64,000 nt of DNA from Bdellovibrionota bacterium (GCA_041749855.1 JBGTAN010000002.1:17055-81054), one strand, 5' to 3'; numbered from the stretch's first letter, positions 1 through 9,991 are shown. Numbers and translations are program-made. Notes: generated from the sequence alone by a model not told the origin.

Positions 1-1
1 G

Positions 2-493
2 GGAAGCTCGGCTTTATTTGCAGCCGGAACCCACACCGACCGCTCCCAGGTATTTGGTCGGGCCACGCTTTCCCCAAAGAGCAAATCTTCGGCCAGCGGG
101 CGAGTGGAATTTTCAAAGAATGAAAAGGGCCGGATGGTAGTCTTGGTCCTTTTGAAGGGACTGAAACCTGGCAAACATGGATTCCATGTCCATGAGAAGG
201 GCGATTGCTCCGCCGAAGATGCGTCAAGCGCTGGGGGGCACTTCAACCCAGCAGGATCCACGCATGGCAGTGCCCTCTCGGGCAAGGGACACGCAGGCGA
301 TTTTGCAAACGTGGTTGCAGATGCCAAAGGCGAAGTAAAAACCGCCATTGAACTTCCCGCACCGGCGGATGTTTCCGTCTTCATCGGGAAATCCCTCGTG
401 CTGCATGAAAAAGAAGACGACTTGAAAACGGATCCCACCGGAAACTCAGGCGCACGTATCGCCTGCGGCGTTATCGAAGCAAAAACTCCGTAA
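2..493 (+). CDS. sodC: Cu/Zn superoxide dismutase (5' end outside window)
   Basis: HGFHVHEKGDC, SAGGHFNP, HAGD and GNSGARIACGVI motifs. The frame is open back to position 2. Confidence 0.93.
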   Translation, partial: GSSALFAAGTHTDRSQVFGRATLSPKSKSSASGRVEFSKNEKGRMVVLVLLKGLKPGKHGFHVHEKGDCSAEDASSAGGHFNPAGSTHGSALSGKGHAGDFANVVADAKGEVKTAIELPAPADVSVFIGKSLVLHEKEDDLKTDPTGNSGARIACGVIEAKTP

Positions 494-495
494 GG

Positions 496-1305
496 GTGTT
501 TACTCAGGTTCGTATAGGCCTTGCATTCTGTTTAGCTTTCGCGCCCGGCCCCTTAAGCGCAGCAGACCGTTTCAACGATCCGAGTCTCTACGAGGTGGGG
601 AGTCGGACGGATTGGGCAATCACCGGGAGCGCTTTGGCTTTAAGCGCGCTTCCCTACCTCTTTGAAAGCTCGGTCATTAAGCCTCGGTGCCCCTGCCCCC
701 CTGAAGAAGTCCCGGGTTGGGAGAGGGGTGTCATTGGGAATAACAGCGATGGCGCCTTGCTCTTTACGGATGTCGGTCTGACGCTTGCCGTGGGATTGCC
801 TGTTTTGTTCAATTGGATCGAACTGCATCGCAACCTGAAGGGCATCTTCTGGGAAGACATGTTTGTGTACTTGCAAGTGCTCGCCATCAACGGGGCCCTG
901 GTTAGCCTGACCAAGGCGCTGGTCCAAAGGCCCCTGCCTCGTAGCTATTCCGGGGACCCTGCTTTCGTGAACTCGGCGCAGGGCTACCGTTCTTTTTATT
1001 CCGGTCACGCCTCTGTGGTCACTGCGGCGCTTACTGCAACCGCCTGGACCGTTCACTGGCGTCATGGCAGGAGCGCTTGGCCCTGGCTCATCCTTGCAGG
1101 GGCGGGCACCGCGGTCGCAGCGGGTCGCGTACTGGGAGGCGTACATTTCCCCTCTGACGTCGTTGTAGGGTTTGTTACGGGAGCAGCGATAGGAACTGTC
1201 GTTCCTCTGCTTCACCGTCGCAATCAGACGTCTGAAAGCAATCACGCTTGGGTGCTTGTTCCAACTGAAGGGGGAGCAAGCGCCCAATGGATTTATCGGC
1301 TCTAA
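496..1305 (+). CDS. PAP2-family phosphatase, membrane protein
   Basis: KxxxxRPxP, SFYSGH and RVxGGxHFPSDV motifs, plus hydrophobic helices. Confidence 0.88.
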   Translation: MFTQVRIGLAFCLAFAPGPLSAADRFNDPSLYEVGSRTDWAITGSALALSALPYLFESSVIKPRCPCPPEEVPGWERGVIGNNSDGALLFTDVGLTLAVGLPVLFNWIELHRNLKGIFWEDMFVYLQVLAINGALVSLTKALVQRPLPRSYSGDPAFVNSAQGYRSFYSGHASVVTAALTATAWTVHWRHGRSAWPWLILAGAGTAVAAGRVLGGVHFPSDVVVGFVTGAAIGTVVPLLHRRNQTSESNHAWVLVPTEGGASAQWIYRL

Positions 1306-1312
1306 CTAAAGT

Positions 1313-1825
1313 CTAGGCGACCATCTGTTTAAAACCTTCCCGCAGGTTTTCGATCGGACCACCTTCTTTAGAGGCTTGAAAGTCCGACAGAATCTGTTGA
1401 CGCTCTTCTTTCGAGAAATTTTTTCGAATCTTAGCAAACAACTCGGACTCTTCTTCTTTAACGTGGTGTGACACGATCTCTTTTAGAACACTGACAGTTG
1501 CCATCCAACGTTCATCGTCAAAGCCCAAGCCGTCAATTTTAGAAAAAAGATGCTTCATCATATCGTGCTCTTCTACCGCTTCCAGACCAAGATCTCTGGT
1601 GCGTTTCTCTTCGATCAAATGGGGATAAAGCGCCTTCTCCTCTGCCTCGGCATGCTTGGTCAATTCCGTGCGAAGTTCCGAATAAAGTGTTTCTCGCCGA
1701 CCAGCCGCTTTGCTCTTTTCTATTTTCTCAAAAATAGATTCGACGAGGCGGTGATCCGCCTTAATCGTTGAGAAAATATCTTTCTGAGCCTTCTTTTTCG
1801 AACTGGTTCGTTTGGTCTGAGCCAT
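1313..1825 (-). CDS. Hemerythrin-like (HHE) domain protein
   Basis: DHR, HAEAEE..LYP, EEH and HHVKEEE..LF motifs. GGGAGG RBS. Confidence 0.88.
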   Translation of the reverse strand: MAQTKRTSSKKKAQKDIFSTIKADHRLVESIFEKIEKSKAAGRRETLYSELRTELTKHAEAEEKALYPHLIEEKRTRDLGLEAVEEHDMMKHLFSKIDGLGFDDERWMATVSVLKEIVSHHVKEEESELFAKIRKNFSKEERQQILSDFQASKEGGPIENLREGFKQMVA

Positions 1826-1868
1826 GAGTCCTCCCTATGGTCGAGTTTGATGTTACGAAGATTCAAAG

Positions 1869-1884
1869 TGCAGGGGACGTGCCA
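1869..1884 (-). promoter_or_regulatory. Sigma54-like promoter for hemerythrin gene
   Basis: TGGCACGTCCCCTGCA (GG-N10-GC) upstream of the start at 1825. Confidence 0.55.
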
Positions 1885-1891
1885 GCGCAGC

Positions 1892-3550
1892 CTAGTGCGC
1901 AGCGGGAGGGTTTTCTGGGAGGTGTTTTCCTAGCTCTGTGGAGAGGCGCAACAGATCCCCGAGACAGTCGCGCTGAAGGCGCATCGCTGCCGCGGAAATG
2001 GCGCGCACTCGCTCGCCCGAATAGCGGCTTGCAGAGAGTTCTTCCCGCAAAATTCTATAGAGGTTCATAGTGACTTGCCCTGAAGTTTCCTTCGCGAGCG
2101 CTTCGGAGGCCAAACGCGTGAGGATCTGGTGGGCTGCCAACCCCAAATCGAACCGCGCAATCCTGCTCACAATATCTCCGCTGGGATCCAGTACTACCAA
2201 TTTCTCGAGTGCCGCTATCAGGCGGGCTTGTTCCGGGAGACTTCTTGCTTCCAAACTCTCAACCGATTCAGGTCTCCAAAGAAACTGCCAGATTCGCTTC
2301 GTCCCAATAGCACCCAGCACCGCGGTAGGGGCTGCCCGCCATCGGGCCACATATTCCGGCGTAAAATACGTCATGCCCTGCCCAGCACCCCACAGTCCCA
2401 GTCCCAGCGCGACGCCCTTCAAACTTGCGTACCAAACTTGGCGGTGAAAAGACTTTTTCTCCAACGCCACAATCGCAAGCTTCACTTCCTTTACCGCTTC
2501 GAGAAGCTGAACGGGAATCGGGCCGCTACTGAGCGTTGGCAGTGTCTTCGGGTTTTGCCGCTGCAGTGCCACGAGCAACCTCTCTGCTCTTCGGGTATGG
2601 CCGGTCTCTAACGATTTTAAAAACAGAGCGAGAATCTGCTTTTGAGAATGCTCGTCGTCCCGCTCTATCAGCGCGTCGAAGGCAGCGTCGGACATCGCAT
2701 CTGCGATAGTGACCGAATATCTGGGCTTGTCTATCGCGGCGGAAGCAGCGGTAGCGGCTGTGACCTCGGGGTTCAGTTCCAGCAGCTGGGCCCACGCTCG
2801 TTTCAGACGCTTGTAGTGTTTGGGCAGGAAAAACTTCCGCACGTACTCAAGCCCTTTGAAATAGTCCATGGCGAGAAAGTAGGTCCCTCCGGCGGCGGCC
2901 CAAACTCCGCCAATGGAGAGAATGAGCTCTCGCGGAGTCATCGTGGAGATATTTAAAAGATCGTAGGTTTCGAAAATAAGAAAACCCGCACCGGCCATGA
3001 ACAACGACACGTGCGACATCCAGAGATTGCGCTCCAACGCTTCGGATCGAGTGATGAAGTCATCTTGGGATTCCAAAACCTCTTTAATGGCGAGATCCAA
3101 AAGTCCAATCGAAACACTGGCCCGCCCATCGTGCATCTCCTCAACAGAGACTTCGCCCAGGACTCGTGCGAAAGCGTCGAAACCCACTTTTCTCAAAAGG
3201 GTATCGGTCACTTCCCGGGTGGCGGGATTGAGCAGCCGCCCCTGAATGTCCTCCAAGTCGTCCCTCAACGGGTCTAGTTGGAGGAGTCCTTTGCCGGTTG
3301 CATAATAGAGAAACTGTTTGAGGGCTTTGGGCGCTTCCGAGAGGTCTTCCAAACCCAGGCGAAGGCGTTCGGTTTCACGGGCGCTTAGGCTAGCCGGGTC
3401 GGCCAGATACCTCTGGGTCCGATCCACCAGGCGCAAAACCTTTTCTCGAAATTCAGTGGTCGCATCCCCGAAGACCGGTGCTGCGAGCACCATCCAAAGA
3501 CACAGAGCTCTCAAAATCCACATTCGCGCGTGACCTGTAAAAACCGTCAT
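1892..3550 (-). CDS. Hypothetical exported/membrane protein
   Basis: 552 aa ORF with a signal-like N-terminus and two pairs of hydrophobic helices. No family recognised. Confidence 0.7.
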   Translation of the reverse strand: MTVFTGHARMWILRALCLWMVLAAPVFGDATTEFREKVLRLVDRTQRYLADPASLSARETERLRLGLEDLSEAPKALKQFLYYATGKGLLQLDPLRDDLEDIQGRLLNPATREVTDTLLRKVGFDAFARVLGEVSVEEMHDGRASVSIGLLDLAIKEVLESQDDFITRSEALERNLWMSHVSLFMAGAGFLIFETYDLLNISTMTPRELILSIGGVWAAAGGTYFLAMDYFKGLEYVRKFFLPKHYKRLKRAWAQLLELNPEVTAATAASAAIDKPRYSVTIADAMSDAAFDALIERDDEHSQKQILALFLKSLETGHTRRAERLLVALQRQNPKTLPTLSSGPIPVQLLEAVKEVKLAIVALEKKSFHRQVWYASLKGVALGLGLWGAGQGMTYFTPEYVARWRAAPTAVLGAIGTKRIWQFLWRPESVESLEARSLPEQARLIAALEKLVVLDPSGDIVSRIARFDLGLAAHQILTRLASEALAKETSGQVTMNLYRILREELSASRYSGERVRAISAAAMRLQRDCLGDLLRLSTELGKHLPENPPAAH

Positions 3551-3567
3551 ACTACGTTGCGAAGTCT

Positions 3568-4761
3568 GTGCGTTTCAACCCCTTAGCGCTATGCCTCCTG
3601 CCACTGCTGACGGCTTATGCCGAACCCGCAAGGGCGGCTTGTCCCCCGTTTTTACTGCCTGAAACGCGCCCTTTCAGCCATGAAGCCTATGGCCGATCCC
3701 TTTTACATTGGAAGGCTTTACTCATCGAAAGTCCCGCCACGTATCAGACCCTCGAACGGGGAGGATGGGAAACGGGAGAGTCGCTGCTTGCCCTAGGCGA
3801 TGCCCTACATCCCGAAGGCCCCACGTTCCTGGGGCAAATAGCTGCCATTGAAAAAGCGGGGGGCAAAGTTCTCTTTCGCGGCTATCGGTTTCCCCTCTTT
3901 CACGCGGCGCCTGAAGTGGTCTATCGAAGGGGTCAGTGGCACGGCCTCCCCCTTCTGAGACGGGAGAGTCGGGCTATCGTTCTCGTCACCCAGAAACCGC
4001 CCCCCACCCTCCAAGCGGCGTCCGAGTGGCTGCTCAAGCTCGCAGCGGCCTTAGAGTACCAGCGGCTGTCCCTGGCCACCCAAAGGGCGGGGTTTCTCAC
4101 CAAACTCTGGGGAACGCAGAGTTTTTCAACGACAGGGATGCAAACCTTCGTCGACTCTGAGCACCACGTTTATTCAGTTTTGAGGGCGTTTCACGAGCGT
4201 TTCCCCACCACTGTCTCGCCACTGCCTAAACGAGATGCCACCTGGAAATGGCGACAGGTACAGTACGCGTTGGAATGGTCCTATAGGTGGATTGCGCCGT
4301 TTTATCGACCTCTGGGGAAACACTATCCCAACCAGGTGTTGAGCACGGCCGCACGTGATGGTCATCTTGAAGAGGAACTTGAGAAGCGCTACGGGCCCCG
4401 TCTCAAAGCCAAATGGGTGATTGATCACTACCGGCAAACGGTCGGCACTTTTTTTCTAGGGGTTGCACTCCTTAGCGCAGCGGATTTGGCCAGGGTGATG
4501 ACCTCTGCGGATGTGCGCGAGGGCTGGGCAAGGATTCAAGCGGAAATACAGAGCATGGAAGTCCGGCTCAAACCAGCTCGGCTGAATCCCGCGCTCGATG
4601 CTTATCAAGATAACCAGGCAGGCTTCTCAATGGTGAATGATCGATACAATGCGCTCATTCGAGATCTCAAAGAACGCATTCGGTCGGAAGGTGACCCGCA
4701 GGGCAAGCTTCAACTTGAAATACAGAAATGGGAAACCAGACGCGACGAACTGAATCATTGA
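3568..4761 (+). CDS. Hypothetical exported protein
   Basis: 397 aa ORF with signal peptide and one late hydrophobic segment. Confidence 0.7.
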   Translation: MRFNPLALCLLPLLTAYAEPARAACPPFLLPETRPFSHEAYGRSLLHWKALLIESPATYQTLERGGWETGESLLALGDALHPEGPTFLGQIAAIEKAGGKVLFRGYRFPLFHAAPEVVYRRGQWHGLPLLRRESRAIVLVTQKPPPTLQAASEWLLKLAAALEYQRLSLATQRAGFLTKLWGTQSFSTTGMQTFVDSEHHVYSVLRAFHERFPTTVSPLPKRDATWKWRQVQYALEWSYRWIAPFYRPLGKHYPNQVLSTAARDGHLEEELEKRYGPRLKAKWVIDHYRQTVGTFFLGVALLSAADLARVMTSADVREGWARIQAEIQSMEVRLKPARLNPALDAYQDNQAGFSMVNDRYNALIRDLKERIRSEGDPQGKLQLEIQKWETRRDELNH

Positions 4762-4766
4762 AAGCA

Positions 4767-4790
4767 GGGGAGCGCCTCTCGACGCTCCCC
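4767..4790. terminator. Hairpin between convergent genes
   Basis: GGGGAGCG-N8-CGCTCCCC between the stops at 4761 and 4810. Confidence 0.45.
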
Positions 4791-4809
4791 CTCATGCTTT
4801 TACTCGAGG

Positions 4810-5862
4810 TTATTTCTTTTCCTCAGCAGCCACATAGGCACCCTGCACTTCCTGCATGCGACGATAAATCTGCTCAGGAGTTAACTTGGCAGCTGCCTCT
4901 TGAGAGGCCTTCAGCTTCATTGCCAGGTCTTTGGCTCGATTCTCATCGCTGTGACGCGAATTGAAAAAGTTTCCAACATAGGGAATTGGACTGCGGATGG
5001 AAGAATCATCCGATCCCACCAACAACTGAAAATCGAGCGCTTCCGCTTGTCCCGAGATGGGCCGATCTTGGCCGCCGATCCCGTGAAAACCGAAGAACAT
5101 TCCTGCATCGGGCGCTGATAAGCCATTGAGTTTGGCGTAAAAGCCACCCTGAATAGTCTTGGCTTTACGATTCGCTTCACCCGTATCCGTCGAAATCTCT
5201 CCCGCACCGCCCAAATACCAGCCTTGCAGGTCGCCCATGCGAACCGTGGTCAGTTCTTCGTTCATTGGCAGAACGACAGCAATCGCAGGGAACATCCAGT
5301 TGATGCCTGTCATGCCAGGGCGAGCTGCACTCGCGACGCGTTTTCCGAAAATGGTGTTTCCGCCCACAATGGCCGAGGCCCCGATAGAAAAATCTCTCCA
5401 AAGAACATTATTCGTCAGCTCACTCCGAGTCATTCCGACGGTCACACCGAAAGAACCTTGGGCTCCCCACTTCAAGGGAAGCCGATTGAATCCCGGAAGC
5501 TTCTCTATAAGGTTTAAGGGCAATTCAGCCCCCACTTGGAAAGACAGCGTCAGGGCCACAGAAGATACCTCGGCCGCGTAGTCGTACATCGCAAGCAGAA
5601 GGCGAACATGGTTTTCAATGCTCTTCAAACGCTCAGCATCCCCTGGTTGGGCGACCGCCCGGGTTTTGATTTCGTTCGCTTCCTGCGCGTAGGCTGAGAG
5701 AAAGAGTTTGAGCATCGAAGACGTAGGCCCTGGCACAATTTCGGAATCGTGATTGAGCGGCTCGTCTGCAATTCGAATTTTCTCTTCGATCGCCTTTGAA
5801 TAGCTAGCAGTAGTGAATAGAACGGCCGCGACGGCGGCTGCCAGTGAGAATCGAAATTTCAT
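4810..5862 (-). CDS. Hypothetical secreted protein
   Basis: Signal peptide, GGGAGG RBS and Gly-rich beta-strand core. Confidence 0.75.
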   Translation of the reverse strand: MKFRFSLAAAVAAVLFTTASYSKAIEEKIRIADEPLNHDSEIVPGPTSSMLKLFLSAYAQEANEIKTRAVAQPGDAERLKSIENHVRLLLAMYDYAAEVSSVALTLSFQVGAELPLNLIEKLPGFNRLPLKWGAQGSFGVTVGMTRSELTNNVLWRDFSIGASAIVGGNTIFGKRVASAARPGMTGINWMFPAIAVVLPMNEELTTVRMGDLQGWYLGGAGEISTDTGEANRKAKTIQGGFYAKLNGLSAPDAGMFFGFHGIGGQDRPISGQAEALDFQLLVGSDDSSIRSPIPYVGNFFNSRHSDENRAKDLAMKLKASQEAAAKLTPEQIYRRMQEVQGAYVAAEEKK

Positions 5863-5961
5863 AATCCCTCCCAGGATGCGGATTTAACAACTGATGTGTC
5901 GGCTTTAACAACGCCGACGCCGAAAGGCAAAGGCGTCGTAATAGATCAGTTCGTCTCAGTC

Positions 5962-5977
5962 TGGCATGCCGTTCGCA
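5962..5977 (+). promoter_or_regulatory. Sigma54-like promoter for second hemerythrin gene
   Basis: TGGCATGCCGTTCGCA (GG-N10-GC). Confidence 0.45.
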
Positions 5978-6019
5978 CACTCCAGCAGCTCAAAACGGTT
6001 TGTAACGAAAGGAAAACGC

Positions 6020-6496
6020 ATGAACTCAGAAGTCACTGCCTACTTGGAGAAAGATCACCGCACGGTGGAAACGCTCTTTGATGACATTCTCGACAGTAAT
6101 GATGCAACCCGCAAAAGAGCGCTGTTCCACGCCGTCGATGGAGAGCTCTCTATTCATACCGAGGCCGAGGAAGCCATCTTGTATCCGCGTGCCCGTCGGG
6201 AGCCAGAGCTGAAGGGATTAGTGGAACATGCAGAAGACGAACATCAATCCATCAAAGACAAAATCGCCCTTCTTCGAGAAACCGACCTAGAAGATCGTGA
6301 GTGGAATGTGCTACTGCGAAACCTGCGCGATTGCGTGAACCATCATGTCGAAGAAGAAGAGAAGGAACTGTTTCCGAAGATGCGGGAACTTTGGAGCGAA
6401 GCGGAACGCAAAGAAATAGGCGAGGCGCTCATCGAAGCTAAAGAGCGCACCTTTCGACTGTCGGTAGTTACAGTGCACGAGGGAGCGACAGGATAA
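6020..6496 (+). CDS. Hemerythrin-like (HHE) domain protein
   Basis: DHR, HTEAEE.ILYP, EDEH and HHVEEEE.ELFP motifs. Start set at ATG 6020 after AAGGA. Confidence 0.88.
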   Translation: MNSEVTAYLEKDHRTVETLFDDILDSNDATRKRALFHAVDGELSIHTEAEEAILYPRARREPELKGLVEHAEDEHQSIKDKIALLRETDLEDREWNVLLRNLRDCVNHHVEEEEKELFPKMRELWSEAERKEIGEALIEAKERTFRLSVVTVHEGATG

Positions 6497-7148
6497 GACC
6501 TGAAACTCCGGACCAGGCAATCTGGGCACCGATGCACATGAGAATAAATGCCATTAAGCGCGTGATCACTTTGGTGCCGCTCGGACCGATGCGCCTGAGC
6601 ATCGGCACGGTGTAAGCAAAGCAGAGGTAGACCGTAATAGAGAGCGCAAGAAAACCAACGACCGCGCCCAATTGGCTGACGATGGTGTTGGTCACTGACG
6701 GGTGCGTGGTATGGGCGGCTAAGGTGAGGGTCACGGCCACGCTGCCGGGGCCCACGGTCACAGGAAAAGTGAAGGGGTAAAACGTCTGGCTGAGAAGCGA
6801 GGCCGGTGATCGTGCCGAAGCGGCCTCTCGATCATCCGCCAATCCATCGTCTGCTTTAAGCAAAGTCCATCCCATTGAAGCGACCACTAGCCCCCCGGCT
6901 GCCTGCACCACCGGAATGCTAATGCCGAAGAATGCGAGCAGCGGCGATCCCACGAAAAGCACAATTGCAAGAATGACCCAGGTATTTCGGGCCACTTTGA
7001 GAGCAATCAGTCGTCGGGTCGCTTCATCTGCACTGCTTGTAAAGGGAAGAAGCACAATCGCAGACCCAATGGGATTTAGGATGGGAAAGACAGCCGCAAA
7101 GACCAGAGGGATAGAGTGCGCAAACAGGAGCAAGAGATGCTGAGACAT
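6468..7148 (-). CDS. marC: MarC family membrane protein
   Basis: NPIG, FFGISIP, P.TFP.TVGPGS and TRLMAFIL..IG.Q motifs. Confidence 0.88.
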   Translation of the reverse strand: MSQHLLLLFAHSIPLVFAAVFPILNPIGSAIVLLPFTSSADEATRRLIALKVARNTWVILAIVLFVGSPLLAFFGISIPVVQAAGGLVVASMGWTLLKADDGLADDREAASARSPASLLSQTFYPFTFPVTVGPGSVAVTLTLAAHTTHPSVTNTIVSQLGAVVGFLALSITVYLCFAYTVPMLRRIGPSGTKVITRLMAFILMCIGAQIAWSGVSGLILSLPRAL

Positions 7149-7190
7149 GGCGAGTGTCCTAACCCAACTGGGGCGACGGAGCAACCCTGC

Positions 7191-8114
7191 TTAAGGCCGC
7201 GACACAGAACGTGCCGTGAGAGCGAAGGTATTCGAAGGTTGAACGGAGTAGTCCGAAGCGCTTAAGAGCACATCGATATGCCCGTGGAGACCATTTACAT
7301 AGACCGTGGTGCCTTGGCTTTTGAAGTAGTCACGCGCGCGAACACTCCTGGGACTTTCCCATAGGGAGGCAGGAGCAGGCACAATAGCCACTCTAGCGCC
7401 TACCCGATCGAAAAAACGATTGGGCGCCATGGATTCCCCCCCGTGATGGGGCACCTTCAAAATATCAGCAGCAAGTTCCTTTCCCTGACCTGCCAAATAC
7501 TCCCCAATGCCCCGATTCAAATCCCCCGTAAAGAGCACCCGTGTGTGTCCAATAGAGAGCAACATCTGTGCGCTCATATCGTTGATATCGGTCGGGCCTA
7601 TAGGCGTATCAACGCCATTGAAGGCGTAAAGGACCCGCAGGGCCGCCGCCCCGCTGCGAATCTCGTCTCCTGGAAGAACCGGCTTCACGGGTACTCGGTG
7701 TTGCTTTAAGAGCGCTACCACCGCGAGCACATCTTCGTAGTTGCAACCCCATGCTCCTTCGCGATCGCAGACTGTCCGCATTGGAATATTCATTCGGACG
7801 CGCTTCATCAAAATGTTTCCGGCTAGAAGGGATCTCAATCCCCCGTAATGATCCCGGTGGGCATGGGTAATAAACACTTCGTCGATGTGAGAAATGCCAC
7901 GCTCCCGCAGAAAATTTAAAAGTAGGCCATTGTCGTCGCCCACATCGATGAGTATGCGTTCGCCTTTAGGCAATAGGAGGAAATTAGCGTCTCCCTGTCG
8001 CTGGGTCGTACTGACATTGACCGCCGTCCATCGAACGGGTGCGACGGCCTCGGGCAAGCTTACGTTGCAGGCAAACAAAAGGGGGAGGAAGAGAGCGACT
8101 AGACAACGAGCCAT
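7191..8114 (-). CDS. ComEC/Rec2-type metallo-beta-lactamase-fold hydrolase, probable lipoprotein
   Basis: QGDA, LIDVG, THAHRDHYGG, LFTGD and KVPHHG motifs. Lipobox LFAC. Confidence 0.82.
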   Translation of the reverse strand: MARCLVALFLPLLFACNVSLPEAVAPVRWTAVNVSTTQRQGDANFLLLPKGERILIDVGDDNGLLLNFLRERGISHIDEVFITHAHRDHYGGLRSLLAGNILMKRVRMNIPMRTVCDREGAWGCNYEDVLAVVALLKQHRVPVKPVLPGDEIRSGAAALRVLYAFNGVDTPIGPTDINDMSAQMLLSIGHTRVLFTGDLNRGIGEYLAGQGKELAADILKVPHHGGESMAPNRFFDRVGARVAIVPAPASLWESPRSVRARDYFKSQGTTVYVNGLHGHIDVLLSASDYSVQPSNTFALTARSVSRP

Positions 8115-8158
8115 CGAAAGAAAAGTCTACTGACTAACACGGTTTTGGTACAGTCGCA

Positions 8159-8884
8159 TTGCCAGGAGATAATAAACGTTTGATAGCACTACTTTTCATC
8201 CTTGCGTCTTGGACGCCCTCGGCAAACGGCGCTGTGAGCTGGCAGATGCAGGCGTCCAAATTGACGGGGTATTCGGAAGCTATCCGAAATGAAGCGCTCG
8301 TTGCCCTTAAAAAGACGCCTCAGATTCAAGACAAACTGAAAGCGGCGCTCACAACTTCCGATCGCTACCTCGCTCTAGATGTGATGAGTGCCCTTGGCCT
8401 TCACTCAATGGTGGGACACCTCTTGGAGGTTTCGGAAAAGGGCGATGATGGAGCCATCCACCTGACGATCAATACGCTAGTGAGCGGTGACAACATCCAA
8501 CCCGTATTGGAGAAATATGTTCTGCGTCTGCGCCGGTCCCAGGCGCCGGCAGTGAAGGTGGCGATCCTCGACTATTTGGGAAGGCTTGGGCATCGACTGG
8601 GCGAAGCCGACTTGGCTGCTCTGGCCCGTAGCTCCAGTTTCGAAGTTCGATCAGCCGCTTTGTACTATGCCCGCTTGATGCTCGGTAAGTTGCGCAAAGC
8701 CGACTACTACCACGTCTTTCGCCGCACACTTCAAGATGCAGCAACACCCCTGCGTATTCAAACGATCTACACACTTCAAGAGCTTCCTTTCGAAACGCCT
8801 GCCGAGTGGAAAAATCTCGAGGTTCTCTGTAGCAAAGACCCGGTAGAAGAAGTGCGTAGACTCTGTAAGGAGCTGCGCGGATGA
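8159..8884 (+). CDS. HEAT-repeat-like exported protein
   Basis: Signal-like N-terminus and repeated helical EVRxxA units. ATGA overlap with the next gene. Confidence 0.65.
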   Translation: MPGDNKRLIALLFILASWTPSANGAVSWQMQASKLTGYSEAIRNEALVALKKTPQIQDKLKAALTTSDRYLALDVMSALGLHSMVGHLLEVSEKGDDGAIHLTINTLVSGDNIQPVLEKYVLRLRRSQAPAVKVAILDYLGRLGHRLGEADLAALARSSSFEVRSAALYYARLMLGKLRKADYYHVFRRTLQDAATPLRIQTIYTLQELPFETPAEWKNLEVLCSKDPVEEVRRLCKELRG

Positions 8885-9795
8885 GCCGAGGCCGAAAAAT
8901 CCTTGTGGCGCTTGCACTTGTCCTGGGCCTCGCCGCCCTGTTGCTGCAGATAGGGCGAAAAATGGGCATCCTTAACTCGGAGCAGCTCGGAGACAATCCA
9001 ACCGCGTTTATTTTCCCCCTGCAGAAAGCCTGTCCCAAGGCGTACACCGCCCTTTTAGACGATCGAGAAATAGATATTCGAGTAGTCTTTGGCTACAAGG
9101 ACGCGCGGCCGTCTCGGTTTGTAGGCGACCGATATGAAAAAGCCATGCTGCTGCAGTATCTAACCGCTCCTTGCACGCCGGGATGGCATGCTTGCGGTTT
9201 CACCCGAAGTGATTCCGACCCAGACCAGCTGCACAAAACCTCACTCACTGCGGGAAAAGTGTTGCGCGACTTCAAGCTGACCGTGGTGAATAGCGCAGCC
9301 GGTCCGGACGATGACGAAAATCGAAGAGATGGTTTTCAGCGCTGGATGAGTCGGCGAGCTGCCGCCAGTTTCCTAGATGGGATTGAGAAAGCGGATGTTG
9401 TTTTTTACAACGGACACTCGCGAGATGGAGGCGGTCCTGATTTCGCACCGCCTAAGCTGACTCTCGACAAGCACGTTGATTATGATTGGTACGCTAAGAA
9501 TCGGCCAGGCGTGGAGCAGCTCATGGAGCGGCTCAGCGCCCATGGAAAGGGAGTCGATCTTTTGGGGTTGTTCTCGTGCGCTTCTCGTGGACACTTTTTG
9601 GAAGAGATACGCAAAGCAAGGCCGAAGCTCGCAACGATCACAAGTCCGAGACTTCTTTACTACACCGATGCACTGAGGAATTTATTGGCAGGATTATCAG
9701 CCGTAATGGGGCAAGCGTGTGAGTCCGACTTCAACGCAGCTCTGCGAGCCCGCGCCGAAGTCGGAAATTCACTGCTAAAAGGTTTGTTTCCCTAA
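8881..9795 (+). CDS. Membrane-anchored hypothetical protein, possible clan CD cysteine peptidase
   Basis: N-terminal TM. VVFYNGHS and LLGLFSCAS give a His/Cys dyad pattern. Confidence 0.6.
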   Translation: MSRGRKILVALALVLGLAALLLQIGRKMGILNSEQLGDNPTAFIFPLQKACPKAYTALLDDREIDIRVVFGYKDARPSRFVGDRYEKAMLLQYLTAPCTPGWHACGFTRSDSDPDQLHKTSLTAGKVLRDFKLTVVNSAAGPDDDENRRDGFQRWMSRRAAASFLDGIEKADVVFYNGHSRDGGGPDFAPPKLTLDKHVDYDWYAKNRPGVEQLMERLSAHGKGVDLLGLFSCASRGHFLEEIRKARPKLATITSPRLLYYTDALRNLLAGLSAVMGQACESDFNAALRARAEVGNSLLKGLFP

Positions 9796-9805
9796 GTCGA
9801 AAGAC

Positions 9806-9991
9806 TTAGCGACCCTGGCCGCTCGAGGAGCTGCCGAGGTTTGCTGCGGCAACGTTGGTGTCAGCAGGAGCGCTGTCCCCTGTTGATCCGCTGATGACTG
9901 GCTCTTCAGAGCGTGTCTCTTTTGAGCTGCAGCTCGTTGCAGCAATTCCCAACACCAGTACCATCACAGAAAGCATTCCAAGTTTTTTCAT
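9806..9991 (-). CDS. Small lipoprotein
   Basis: MKK, hydrophobic stretch, ATSC lipobox and Ser/Gly-rich tail. AAGGG RBS. Confidence 0.75.
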   Translation of the reverse strand: MKKLGMLSVMVLVLGIAATSCSSKETRSEEPVISGSTGDSAPADTNVAAANLGSSSSGQGR

